From NCBI RefSeq assembly GCF_001194135.2, contig NC_068994.1, positions 57,895,651-57,959,198 on the forward strand: a DNA stretch of 63,548 nucleotides, written 5' to 3'. The DNA comes from Octopus bimaculoides (lineage: Eukaryota). Position 1 is the stretch's first letter. Every line of letters starts with the position of its first letter. Position numbers and translations under genes: made by a program. The notes below the pieces were generated by a model. The model searched no databases and was not told the origin of the DNA. It was given only the letters and a program-made list of their open reading frames with translations. Positions 33,640-46,226 of this stretch are shown piece after piece.

Positions 33640-34936
33640 GAAATGACAACCGAGTCCATACATTGTAAAGCAAGGAAGTGGCCTGGAGAGACACCTGCAC
33701 TGTGCTGGAGTGGTGGAAGGGTTAAACTCCCTGCATTCCCCCAACCTCCAGAGCCACTGAAGAAACTTTTGTCATCAACTGACCAAGATTCCAAGCACTT
33801 CCAAAACAAAATTAGACAATACAAAGCTGAAAAACAGATGACTTTATTTGGAGCCACAAGAGATTTAACTGAGCCAGGATTTATGCAAACTTTCAAGGTC
33901 CAAGGTCAGATTTATCAGCAGATTGGATCTCTACTACATCAGTCAAATGAATCACCAAAATTCCTTCAAATATACTTTATGGGTGATTCTCAACAAGGGC
34001 AAGGGAAATGCAAGAACATTTCCAGCATCAGGAAGAACGTTGTAGTGTCTCTGCAAAAGATGCTGCATAACAACAACCTGATTAGAAGCTTCAAGACTGC
34101 ACTTGAAACAATTCCACCTGACTCCATGGATTACAAGGTAGTTATCAGATCAGACAAGAAACCATCTGGTCAACATGGAGGCAGGTTTAGTGTGCCATCA
34201 ACAAATGAAATAGCTGTGGTTCTGGTTGGGCAAGAACATGACAAGCGTGACATTGTCCTCCATCTCAGAGACAGCACACTGAGGAGAATTTCATAAACAC
34301 ACAGACCCTATGATGCACTACAATATCCATTGCTGTTCTGTTATGGACAAGATACTTACCACATCAACATTAGTCAGACAAACTCCTCAAAGCAAGTTTC
34401 ATTTGAGTGTGGTTGAACCAAGTTGTCTCTATAACGACACCAACTCGAAGAACCGTACATCTACATTTCAGGCTACTCTAAAACCGGACAATTAGAAGCT
34501 GTTTTATTTTCCACCGAACAATAAATATTTGTTGTTGTTGATCAGTTTGGAGTTTCTGCGTTGAGTTCTCTTCCAATTTAATGTAGGAAAGTTAGGTGTA
34601 TATCTAAAGATATATAACCCACTCTCCTAAAACTTCTATGCATTCCACATGATGGTCAGGAGTCCAGCTTCAAACCACATCCTACATTGTGGAGATCTGT
34701 TCAGTCAGTTCATTGTTGACATGCATGCAAAAATTGAAAGTGAACGATTACTCTACTTGAGATTGTACCAAAAGCAACTGAGAGTGGAATCATATGCACA
34801 CCCACAAGACGCAATGCCGAATGATCATGATGTCAACAACACGGGACAGCTGAACATCCTTCCATCATCATTCATAGGAAGCCCAAGATATATACATGAG
34901 CGCACACAAGATGCCATGACATATGTTAGACACTAA
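33640..34936 (+). mobile_element. Helitron Rep/Helicase N-terminal region, decayed, interrupted at ~34402-34621
   Basis: HCKARKW.GE..LCWS.GRVKLP, FKVQGQIY..IGSL, PKFLQIYF, YDALQYPLLF..G, LFSQFIVDM.AKIESERL, LPSSFIGSPRY..ERTQDAM.YVR. Confidence 0.92.
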
Positions 34937-34939
34937 CGA

Positions 34940-35850
34940 ATGAAGAGCAAAAATACAATATAATGCTAAGTAATTTGCCTCCACCTCTAAGCAATGAGAT
35001 TAGAGATTTATTTTTAAACCCTGTCGAGCCAGTTTCCTATTCTGCAATCAAAGCAGAAATATTAAAAAGAACCTCAAATTCAAAACAGAAAGAATTTGCG
35101 AAGCTATTCAATAATGAAGAATTAGGCAATAAGAAGCCAACACAACTTCTTGGAGATCAACAAATAGAAGAATCCTACCTCAAAGAGGTTTCCTTTACCA
35201 AATTGCCTTATAAAACATAAACCTTGCTGAGAAGAATCAAAACTCTCTTCAACAATTGGTAGATGGCATTTTGGAATTGTCATCTAGAGAGTCTGTGAAT
35301 GCAGTTCCATCTATTTCTAATGAAATACAGGCATCAAAAGAATTACGATAAACAATTCGAGTTGTTGACAAAGAAAATCGAAAGTCTTCAGCTCGAAAGA
35401 GACAGTTGCTCAAATAAAAGAAATGCAAGATGGCAAAGGAGATCAAAAAGTCCCAAGAGAAATGCCATATGCTGATACCATTCAAAGTTCGGTGACAAAT
35501 CTTATCGCTGTGTTAAGCTATGCTCATTTGATTTTCTGAACAAAAAAAGGTCGGGAAACTTCTCAGCCACAGATTAGATGCGACAAAATCTGTGGACAGC
35601 TTCCTTAAAAGTTGCGTATTTTTTTGTTTTTGACACAAACTCAAAAGAAAGGTTTTTGGTAGATACAGGAGCAGCCTGTTCAATTTGGCCTGTAAAACTT
35701 TTCAAAGAGAAACCAAAACCTGTATATTTGACTCTTCAAGCGGTTAATCAGTCTGAATCCAAACATTTGGAGAGATTAGTTTAACTCTGAATTTAAATTT
35801 ACGAAGAGAATATTAGTGGATCTTCATAGTTGTGGATCTGCCTTACCCAA
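34940..35850 (+). mobile_element. Ty3/Gypsy gag-protease fragment, decayed
   Basis: LP..L..EIRDL..NP...Y..IK.EILKR...LF..EELG.KKPTQLL (gag); FLVDTGA..SIWP (aspartic protease). Confidence 0.85.
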
Positions 35851-37180
35851 TATTTTTATCGCAAAATTGAAAATCTTTCTAGTAAAGGGCTACTGTAGTA
35901 AACTCATAAGAGGTGGAGAGAGAACATAGGTTCGTTTGCCCAAACAGGAGAAATTGTTGATTTCTCATTGGTTAAAAATTACTGCTCATATACGAATTCT
36001 AAACTTTCGTTAAAGAAATCTTTCATGAAGTACGGTTCTTAGAATTCGTGTATGAGCATTGCTCAATCTAATTTCTCCGGAAATAAAGAAAAATTTCTTA
36101 CAATTTCCAGAAATACAAAAGTTTATGAGGAATATATTCAAACAAATTGAGAAAGTCTTTTGGGAAAATGTACAATTCTACCGCTTCTAGGTAACTTTAA
36201 AATTGACTTTTGAGCGTTTCTGTTAACCTTAGGTTTGCTGTTTTGAATATCACTGTTTTATATTATTCCGAGATGTATCACTCACATCATCATTTCCAGG
36301 ACACGGATACTGGTCGAAACAAGCCTTTTTTACTGTCTAAACTGACAATCTCTTCTCTGCCATGTATATCCAGGGTCATAGTTTTATCTTTAATTGACAA
36401 AACTTTAAAAGGTCCAGTGTATTTATATTTCAGTGAATTATGAGTAGCATAATTATGTACAAGCACACGAGTCCAAGAATTCTAAACTTTTGTTAAAGAA
36501 ATCCTTCACAAAGTACAGTTCTTAGAATTCGTGTATGAGCAGTTATAAAAACCCTGATTTTTGGGAAATTCTCCAGTGATCATTGATTGTCACTCAAATC
36601 CACGACACACTCTCCGGTGTTCGTTGGTTGTTACTCAATGCCACGACACTCACTCTTTTGAGTATCAGCTAATCTTTATGCCATGTTTATTACTCAAATC
36701 CAGCAAGACTGAATTATTGTGAACTCTAATAGTTAGTATGAAAGATTAGTTAGTGTGAATTTTAAGTCGTAATTCTCTACGACAAAATGACCTTACTTTC
36801 CAATTGTACTATAAATGCCAAATGTACATAAATAAACTAATGTAGAAATTATTTTCTTTTACTTCACGTTCTTTCAACTCGTTAAATTTATTTCTGTATT
36901 TATGAAACTGTGTATTTTTTTTATGTAACGATTAAAAGAATACGAATCCATATCTTCAACATACATGCACGCATCAAACGCACGTTCAGCGTCTTGGTAT
37001 GTATAATTCATCATAACATTTACGCAGCCTGAATTAAGAGTTATGCATGGTGATGAATACTTATAATTAAGTTATAAGTGACGAGTTTACCATCATAGCT
37101 TCTTCCTTAAGGAATAATAATATCTATTATATCTTACAAATCAAAAACATTATAAATAAGATACAGTATTTGCCTCCATC

Positions 37181-37273
37181 CGTCACACTATCAAAGAATA
37201 TGAGGCGGTGGCAGGGGCAAAAGTTAACAAGGACAAGTCCATCAGCTTGCATCTTGGCACCTGGAGGAGAAAA
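37181..37273 (+). mobile_element. Tx1-like LINE RT fragment
   Basis: RHTIKEYEAVAGAKVNKDKSISLHLGTWRRK. Confidence 0.7.
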
Positions 37274-37417
37274 GGTTAGTTGATAGGGAGGACCGAAAGC
37301 CATCTGAATATCGAAAAAGAGTTACCTGTATCACGACTGTTGTCCATGCTCTGTGAGCACCACAAAGACTGTAAGATGTGACATGGAGAGATACAATAAA
37401 GACTAGTAAATAGTAAA

Positions 37418-38410
37418 TTCTCAATTCAAATTGACAAATCTACAGTAAACAATAACAGAGTTGGTCTTATGGCATACGTCTGATTCACAGATGAAGACTG
37501 CAAACTGTGTAGAGACGGTCATAAAACTTTTTGAAACTAAAAATCTTGATCTGATGTAAAATACCCTTTCAGAATCTGGTGTCCTGTATATTGGCTAAGC
37601 GCTCCAGCCATGGTAGATAAGCATAAGGGATTTAGCATCTTTGTGGTGTGAATCACTAGCTCCAATTTTGTTCCAATTATTTTCAAATTTGGTATATAGG
37701 TTAAGTTTTGTATACTAATTATGAAAACGAAAGTCATTTTATTACTAAAAAGTTATCAGCCATCAAAGTTTTTAAAACTGGGGTATTTTAGCCAATCAGA
37801 AGCGAGTATATTACACGTCACCATACAGTTCTGTTAGCATAGTAAGCAAAGAACACTGTTTCCATAGTAACCAACAAGTGCAACTACTACATATTCCATA
37901 ACTGTTTACAAAGAACTCTGTGGTGAGACTAAACTTTTTACACTGGGCCACAAGTTAGTTGTGCTTGAACAGACACTAACCAGGTGTACAGATTCAAGCA
38001 ACAACTTCCACCCAAGGCTAGAATGTGCCTTCAGTTAAGTTCAGTTGCTGCTAGAATGTTGTATGGTCAAGCACATCGCTTTGAAGCTCCAACATGGAAA
38101 GTGATATATTTTGCTTCCCTAGCGGTTATATTTCCAAAATGATTGACAGTCCAACAAAACAGTTATAATGCACCAAGGAACTCTAGTGATATAGCTTCTA
38201 AATAGCTGAAAATCCTCTTTAGGTTTGGAAACGGTACCAATATATACGGTACAACATAATATGAAATTACTAGAAGAATTGGTAATTTTAGGATCCTTGA
38301 AGAACTTGCTGCTCTTGAGACACTTCCATTGTGAGGTGTGCTGTGGATACTGTTCTGAACAGATTTTGGAAACTGAAGAATACTGTTGTAAATCATCTAA
38401 AAGAGAATAG
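37418..38410 (+). mobile_element. hAT (Buster/ZBED-like) transposase remnants
   Basis: FSIQIDKST...LMAYV*F (37418), APAMVDKHKGF (37601), HCEV...VLNRFWKLK (38327-38405), in the expected order. Confidence 0.7.
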
Positions 38411-38621
38411 ATTAGCTATTAACTGTCCAAAGAAGAGAGAGAAAGACATTATGTGAGAACAACTGGCAATTTTGATTTAACATTTTTCAGCCATTCAATG
38501 ATTAGCCCGTCTGTTATCAAATTTCTTTTGAAAAAACACTGCCTGTTTTAAACGATTTAAAAAAGAATGAAGTATTTTGTAAAATAACTTATTAAATTGC
38601 AACATAAATGAATATAACATT

Positions 38622-39274
38622 GGAGGACTATGTCCCAAGATGAGGGAAGTTTTCCTTTACGCAGTACCAAGTCGTAACCATGAAACACTAGAGGACTGCA
38701 TATAACTCAGTTCTTCCAGGAACCACTATCTTCAATGACCTGTGGTGAGCTTATCCCAGAAATCGATGGTCATGATTTCAAACATAAAACCTGATTGGGA
38801 GGTGTAGGCCTCCTTGCTAAGGTGGGTAGACTGCCACTGGTCTGCCTTCTAGTTGTCCTGAGCCAGCTAATTAGATGGCAGCCCAGTTAACTTTGCTTTC
38901 ATTAGGGTGTAGTGTCGCGTAGGTTCCCTATGGGACTGTAGCAACTCACTGAATTGATCTTTCGATATCTTACAATACAGGGGAGTTCCATGGTTGTATG
39001 GGAATGGCAGTTTTCCATCGTCGCAAACATGCACAAATCCCTGACGCCAAACCGGCACGCCGGACGACCGAGGTGGCAAAGAAACGCTGCGACGACCAGA
39101 AGAGCACCACGCTGTTACCAGCAATGCGAATGCTACCACCTATGCTACGCCCACCGTGTGCTCTCACAAAACCGGACTAGAGTCAAGCTCAACAGAGTCT
39201 TCTTTCCCCACCGATCCGTCCAAGCCGATCCCTTGGCTGTGGTTTCGCTAGACAGTGAGAATCTCGTTGATCCG
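38622..39274 (+). mobile_element. Merlin transposase fragment 2, split by a nested ~460-bp insertion
   Basis: GG...FLYAVPSRNHETL...VLPGTTIFNDLW*AY...HKT (to 38791), resuming as SENLVDP at 39254. Confidence 0.8.
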
Positions 39275-39593
39275 TTCATACAGTTTCAAGACCATTAAAC
39301 AAAAAAAAAGCTAGATGGTGGTCAAGAAATTCACATGCAAACAAATACCAACACTATAGAGATACAATGTCTGCAAACAAGAGATGGCAACAGCTGAAGT
39401 CTGAAGTGAAAAGAAAAGGGGGGGGGAGGAGAAAATAAAACAAAAAATGTAAATGTAAAGCAAAGGGATTACCTCTTCCACACCAATAATATTTGGTGTC
39501 GACAATGGAAGTAGAAGTCCAAAGAAGGTAGAAGTCACAAAATACAAAAAAGATATCTTCCACCATTATGTTTTCAAACATGGGTATACAAGC

Positions 39594-39649
<56 letters not shown>

Positions 39650-39984
39650 ATATATATATTACCCATTTGTTCATTTAATGTTCTCTTTTTCCAGGAGTTG
39701 AACTGTAATCTTTGTTTGCGTCTTTGGCCTGAGCCTAATTTTGATTTTTATCTTAGTTCATGATTTCATGTTTAAATGTTTGGAGGCAAGTTTTTTTTTT
39801 CAGCTAAATGCATTTCTTGCTACTAATAATTTATGTATCAATGGATGCATGTGCGATGACGAAGTTAACTTTGGTGATGGTCTGGTTCCATTGCATGGAT
39901 GCCATTTGTCAGAGTCCTTTACTATAAACTACAGCTTAACTAATATCTTGTGAGTGAAATGGTTACACAGGAACTGAAAGAAGT

Positions 39985-40051
<67 letters not shown>

Positions 40052-40606
40052 TGACGTGTATATGACAGTTAACATTCTCCATTGTCTTGACATCAGCACC
40101 AATTATAAACAAAAGCCTCACCTGTTCAAACAACTCATGTCATTTGTTTGCAGTACTCCATGGAAACATGTCCAGGTTATTAATTGTTCAATAAATTGAG
40201 GGATTGTTACTTTACTTAGAAGCAGGTGAAGGTTGGCACCAGGAAAAGCATCCAATCATTAAAAATTCTGTTTCAAGTTTTGTCTAATCCATGCAATCCT
40301 GGAAAAGCAGACGTTAAAATGTGTGTGTATGTATGTTTAGACTCATTTAGGCATACATAAGCGCACATACAAAAATGTGTGAATAAATATTTTGGTGGTG
40401 ACAAATGTTTAGCCAAGGTCAGCTATAATCCAGCAGACCTATGATGAAAGATCTTCCAGATGTGACCATTCCATCGTTTTCTTTAATTAGACTAATTATC
40501 CAAAGCAGCCTTCCAAGATGATAGTGTGTAATCTGAGAGAGGTTTGGCTGTTATTTCTAGCTGACTGAGCAACTACATATAGATTGGATTGCCCTCAAGA
40601 GAATAG

Positions 40607-41368
40607 TTACAGTTCAGATTTCTGCCTCTTCCCTGATGTAAATTCCTTCCAAATTCTTTCATATTCTTCTGCCACCTCCTTGGCTGTCGGGCGCAGTTCC
40701 GGTTCCTCATACTGACACCTGCTGTGTATATGCAACAGGTGCAGCTTCAATAACACAGCAGCTGAAGATGACCCCAACAAATAACTACACACATTGGGTA
40801 TCTTCCAAATATCAGATTTCTCATCATAAGATGGCATGTCGGCGTCAACAAACGGCCTTTCCAGATAAGGCCACAACTGCTCAGGAGCGACAAACTCTCC
40901 ACCAATTTCTCGGTGACCACACTTGATGAACTGATTCTTTGAGCGATTCACTTCAGGTAGAGCATCAAGGTCATTAAGGATGAGTCGGAGGTCAGAACGG
41001 AGCAAGAATTGACTGAGGGTTTTGGTCAGATCATTGGAATCGCACATCACTCGTGTGCCACGTGGACTGGAGTGAAGATAGGCAAGGATATTCACATAAT
41101 CCATGCACAATTGGTAACGCAGTTCAATGGTATCATGTAGTGTGTATTCTTCGGAATTAAGATGATCAAAGAGATGGTCAGCAGACATCAGTGGATGGAA
41201 TTCGGTTAAATAACTTTTGTTACAATGGCCAACTAATTGGATTATACGAGGGTGAGGCTGAAATGCTGTAATCATGGTCAAACCATGGTGAAAATCTGAT
41301 AAATATCTGTTGTCTTTGGTGGCTTTGTTCATAACAAACGTTTGGTTTTGCCAGTGAGCCTCATACAC
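40607..41368 (-). CDS. POMK: POMK last coding exon (kinase fold)
   Basis: cag|GTGTAT...TAA, 254 codons. Confidence 0.95.
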   Translation of the reverse strand: MYEAHWQNQTFVMNKATKDNRYLSDFHHGLTMITAFQPHPRIIQLVGHCNKSYLTEFHPLMSADHLFDHLNSEEYTLHDTIELRYQLCMDYVNILAYLHSSPRGTRVMCDSNDLTKTLSQFLLRSDLRLILNDLDALPEVNRSKNQFIKCGHREIGGEFVAPEQLWPYLERPFVDADMPSYDEKSDIWKIPNVCSYLLGSSSAAVLLKLHLLHIHSRCQYEEPELRPTAKEVAEEYERIWKEFTSGKRQKSEL

Positions 41369-42766
41369 CTGGGGAAAGGTAAAAGGGCAAAAATGAATTA
41401 GAACTATGAAGTCAATGAAAGCAGCAGTTTGCAAAGGAAACAAAGGCAGATAATGTTTCTACAGCTGGATGCCCTTCCTAATGCCAACCACTCCAAGAGT
41501 GTGGTGGGTCAGCCTTGTTACACTGTGTCATGCTGAATCTCCCCAAGAACTACGTTAAGGGTACATGTGTCTGTGGAGTGCTCAGTCACTTGTACGTTAA
41601 TTTCACGAGCAGGCTATTCCACTGATCGGATCAACTGGAACCCTCATCGTCGTAACTGACAGAGTGCCACAAAATATAGAATTTTAGTGGATGAACATTG
41701 GCTACATTATAGAGATGGGGGAGTGGTACCCAAAGACTTCTGTTGCACGGAATCAAATAAGCAGAGTTATGTACTTTAGTAACAGGAACAAGAAGAATCT
41801 GTTGTAGTAAAGTATGAACTTCCGAGACTAGTTTGTCCTGTAACTTAACCTCACTAGCATTTGAGACTCAAAATATCAGTAAGAAAAATATATAATCCTG
41901 TAGGAGACCAACAGATTTTTTTTCGATATATCAAACACTAACAGGTTAGATCAGGAACATTTAGACAACATCCATTCCTAAAGCGTTTTTGTGTGTCACT
42001 AGCTGATTATCTTCACTCCAAAGGCAACTTAGCTGCGAGACTGCTTTCATAAAATTACAAAAGAGTGATATAATTGGGTCCCGTAGGATTTTCGAGCGAG
42101 ATCGTTGCCAGTGCCCCTGGACTGGCTTGTGCGGGTGGCACATAAAAGACACCATTTCGAGCGTGGCCGTTTTCGTGCGGGTGACACGTAAAAGCACCCA
42201 CTACACTCTCTGAGTGGTTGGCGTTAGGAAGGGCATCCAGCTGTAGAAACTCTGCCAAATTAGACTGGAGCCTGGTGTTGCCATCCGGTTTCACCAGTCC
42301 TCAGTCAAATCGTCCAACCCATGCTAGCATGGAAAGCGGACGTTAAACGATGATGATGATGATGATGATGATCTAAGACTTACCTATGAAAGAGTACTTT
42401 AAACCTAGAATGCAGCTGAAGCCTATAATCCAGAAACTTTCACCTCTGTCCTCTTAGCTACAAGACATCAATGAAATACTTCAGAATGTTATTTACCATT
42501 TTGCCAAGGCCACTAGCAATCTTGCGTCCAATGGTAATGTTGGTATCAAAGTCTTCGCATGTGAGCCATTGATGACAAGATTTCATCCCAGCAACAGCAA
42601 AATAACCAGTAAGACAAGCATGTTGGCACACTTGTTTGTTAAGCAACATATCCTGGTAACACAGCAAACCGGGTGGTTCGGGAAAGACTGTATGACCAGG
42701 ACTCACTTCCTCTTGTGCAAAGAGTAGCAACAAAACATAGAGACCATGTTTTACAGCAGGGAGCAT
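40607..42766 (-). CDS. POMK: Protein O-mannose kinase (SGK196), join(42497-42766,40607-41368), 343 aa
   Basis: Diagnostic motifs RVMCDSNDLTKTLSQ, NDLDALP, KCGHRE..GEFVAPEQLWP, MPSYDEKSDIWKIP. N-terminal hydrophobic anchor and C..G.F....MK.C..WL.C segment present. Confidence 0.95.
42080..42372 (+). mobile_element. Abundant SINE/RTE 3'-tail repeat ending in (GAT)n, representative copy
   Basis: GTTGGCGTTAGGAAGGGCATCCAGCTGTAGAAAC...GGACGTTAAACGATGATG. Other copies near 7575-7796, 14135-14290, 24040-24287, 57232-57508, 61690-61888 (+) and 11359-11520, 23458-23690, 48832-49030, 60880-61030 (-). Confidence 0.8.
42497..42766 (-). CDS. POMK: POMK first coding exon
   Basis: ttgcag|ATG...ATG|gtaaat, 90 codons. 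Confidence 0.88.
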
Positions 42767-43196
42767 CTGCAAGAGAAAATAACATTTGCAATGACAATGC
42801 AGCTAAGAATTTAGGTTTTCACTACCCTAAAACAAACAGAAGGGACCGCCAAGTAGACAAAGGCAATTGCAGCAGTATTCACATTCCTTCCAATATTCTT
42901 TTCTACACAAGGAACAAGGCCCGAAATTTGGGGGGGAGGGGGCCAGTTGATTAGATTGACCCCCAGTACACAACTGGTACTTAATTTATCAACCTTGAAA
43001 GGACGAAAGGCAAAGTCGACCCCTAGTGAACGGTCTCAACACATTATTTCGGATTCTGACTTTTGTGGCCATTACAAACGAAGAACAAGAATCACAGAAA
43101 GTTATAAAATATCTACTTCTTGGACGTATCCTCACAGCTGGTAATGTGCCAAAAATAGCTTGTAATTTGAAGGTACATAAATAAAATTGTCCTTAC

Positions 43197-43330
43197 CTCG
43201 ACTTGCAATAGGGTACCGCCAGTAGATTTATCAATTCTTCACCAGTGTTGTCCCGACTTCTCTATCTTCACGACTGGCGTCTGTCACTGGTCGCGTCTCC
43301 AGGAAAAAACCAAACGCAGGGAGAAACTTT
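43197..43330 (-). other. POMK: Putative non-coding first exon of POMK (upstream boundary approximate)
   Basis: CGAG|GTAAGG donor at 43197 in a CpG-richer region. Confidence 0.55.
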
Positions 43331-43348
43331 TCTTCTCACTCGTAGAAG

Positions 43349-43356
43349 TGACGTCA
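43349..43356. promoter_or_regulatory. Perfect CRE palindrome TGACGTCA near the POMK 5' end
   Basis: Exact motif seen; function inferred from position. Confidence 0.45.
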
Positions 43357-43684
43357 TCTCTTGTCGCTTCCAGTTTTCCTTTCACCACGTTGAAAGAATG
43401 CGAAATAACCTAGGGGAGAAAAAAAAAACCCCTCAAAACCTGCGAAACAAAACTTCGTTGGTGGGGAAACTCCAAGGCCACCCACCACTCCTTCCCCCAC
43501 TTTCACTTCCGAGGGGAAAAAAGTTGCTTGCGGCGGGTTTGGAGGTTAGATACGTCGAATGCACTCGGAAAAAAAAAAAAAATTATTTCACACCTAGGTA
43601 CGGACGGGTCCTTTATGAAATATTTACCTTAATGTCAACATAATTCTAATTTACACAATCGATAAGGTACCACTGCAAAATTTC

Positions 43685-44050
43685 ATGGAGTGGCTGTGTG
43701 GTAAGAAGCCTGCTTCCCAACCACATGGCTCCGGGTTCAGTCCCACAGCGTAGCAACTTGGCCAAGTGTGTTCTACACTATGCACACGGATTTGCGAGTG
43801 GATTTGGTTGGCGGAAACCGAAAGACTGTCATGTATATACGTTTATTTATCTGTACGTCTATGTTTGTCCACCCACCATCGCTTGACAACCGATGTTGAG
43901 GTGTGTCCACGTAACTTAGCAGTTCGGTAAAAGAGACCGATAGAATAAGTACTAGGCTTCCAAAGAATAAGTCCTGGGGTCGATTTGCTCGACTAAAGGT
44001 GGTGCTCCAACATGACCACAGTCAAATGACTGAAACAAGTAAAAGATTAA
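43685..44050 (+). mobile_element. SINE, same family as 6487-6914, between the POMK and RPL26 promoters
   Basis: End-to-end similarity to 6487-6914. Confidence 0.8.
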
Positions 44051-44789
44051 AAGAGTGTGTTAAGAGTTCATCCTCAGATTAAACACTTTAAAAAAGGCGG
44101 TAGTTTCAATTAAGGACGATTGGCCGATAGAGTTCTCCTCGAAAAATACTCTTATAACTGGTTGGAACTTTTTCCACAACTTTTTCGGATATATGTATTA
44201 GAAACTTGTAAGAAAATAACCTTTTTTTTTGCAGNNNNNNNNNNNNNNNNNNNNNNNNNNNNNNNNNNNNNNNNNNNNNNNNNNNNNNNNNNNNNNNNNN
44301 NNNNNNNNNNNNNNNNNNNNNNNNNNNNNNNNNNNNNNNNNNATGTCTAGGAAACCAAAAACTTATACTAAACGTATAACTTTTTAGCGACGACAAATAC
44401 CAGCACCATTTTCTTCCAATACGAAATATAAAAAAAAATACAACTTACCTTGCTTGTTGAGGTTGGAAGAAAATATGAATTTAAAATTGCATCACAAAAA
44501 TTACAAATTAAGAAACACGAAGTTCTTCTTAAGAATGGTTAAGGGCAGATAACTCATACACTTGTAAATTTAGTTTCGTACTCACAGTTTTATTTGAGTA
44601 AAGCAGAAAAAAAACATAATGTTCAACATATATTTGATAAAATTAAATAAATTAATGTCTATTTATTTTTCTTTTAATTTGAAATTAAATATCTAAATGT
44701 AATTCAAACTGCAAAAAAAGAATCAAGTTTTCAGTCACATGCGGCAAACGAGGAGAACATTATATTGCCAACTTTACTAGACGGACATG

Positions 44790-44828
44790 TTCTTTTTAGG
44801 TCGGCCATAGAACGTGCTGTACGAAGAA
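44790..44828 (+). promoter_or_regulatory. RPL26: TCT initiator / 5'TOP and non-coding exon 1 of RPL26
   Basis: TT-C(+1,44792)-TTTTT matches the YYC+1TTTYY ribosomal-protein TCT motif, followed by AA|GTGAGT donor at 44829. Confidence 0.7.
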
Positions 44829-46226
44829 GTGAGTACCTCTTTATTTATCTTCTTCCATCCGTCTTATTTTGCTGATGTTACTCCTCACTGACATTGCTGT
44901 TCAACACAGAATTTCATGTTTTACATGAATAATTGCTTAGTTTCTTTGTATATATTTCCGTTTTTTACTACAAACCCATCATTTACTGCTCCACCAAAAT
45001 CCTAATATTTATGACTTATTTAAACAACCAGGCTAAACACGTGTATAAGATCAGGTTTGTTCTTCGGTGTAATTATTAATGGGGTTTTTTTTAAAGTCAG
45101 TATTTATATGTATTGTGTATCACTTTAATATGGTGAATTAATAAATAAAAGCTTTGTAATAATGCTGAACTGGTGTCGTAAAAGCAACATTGGACACCGT
45201 ACAACGAATTATCCTATACTTTATATTGCAGCAGAGAATTTGTGGTTAATTGCTACTTTGGGAATAGTTTTATTGAAATAAAATGGAATTCTTCGGAGTA
45301 TAGCGTATCTTTATTGTGTACATAGATGGGTCGTTTATTTAAGACTAGTAAATATCCACTTAAAAGTTATATTTTGTGTGGACCTATTTTTGTTCCCCCT
45401 CCAGTGCTCGGCGTTTCTTCGTTTAATAACCTGCATTATATTTGATTCAATTTACATCTGAGATAATTTACAGGAATATAAACTAGACTGGCTATGGCTA
45501 TAACGAAAGATTGCCAGACTATACTAGACTTTGTAGTCTTATCCAAGGAAACGTATACAGATTTTTTTTTTCTTTTGACCTGCTAGAAACATCGGTCGAA
45601 TCTCCCTCATCCCTAGCGAAAGCTGAATTGCCAAAAATGAAAACAAAAAAGGGAGGGTAGTCGTGGCTGGGGTGTCTGTGAGCAATAAACCTGCTTTATA
45701 ACGACTGTCTTGATGCCAAACACAGCAGCATACGAAAGATAACGATACCATTAAGCGGAGGACGAGTCATTTGGCAAACAACTCAAAAATATTTCCGTTA
45801 GCCATTAATATTCAGCAATATTGTTTAGTTATAATTTGGCTGCCATTCATCGTACGTGGAGGTTTTCTAAGTCCTTCAGTATGTGCATGCTCCGAAGTTC
45901 ACTTCATACCTCAACAGTTAATAAATATGGGACATAATTATGACATCTGAGAACAAACTGTAGTAAAAAAGAAAGGTATTCCTATCAGTTTGTCCCGTTC
46001 TTTAGTCACTTCTGTATGCACGGAAGCCTCCTTATTTAAAATATCGCCCCTCTGTCGAAGAGGGATCATTTTCTTCTCACTACTGCTATGCTGCTAGTGC
46101 CTCGTATGTGCAAAAATTTGTCATAATTTCAAAAACCTTGTCTGCGTGATATGACTGGAATCATACTGATCGCCAAACTATTCATCCATTTAAAAGTTGG
46201 CTGTCTTGGGCAGCTTCTTAATGCCC

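Larger units (their letters stand above)
33210..36870 (+). repeat. Direct repeats (~33210-33590; 35937-36058 plus 36477-36870) bracketing the Helitron-Gypsy composite
   Basis: Shared GAATTCT..ACTTT...GTTCTTAGAATTCGTGTATGAGCA module in three copies. Confidence 0.8.
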
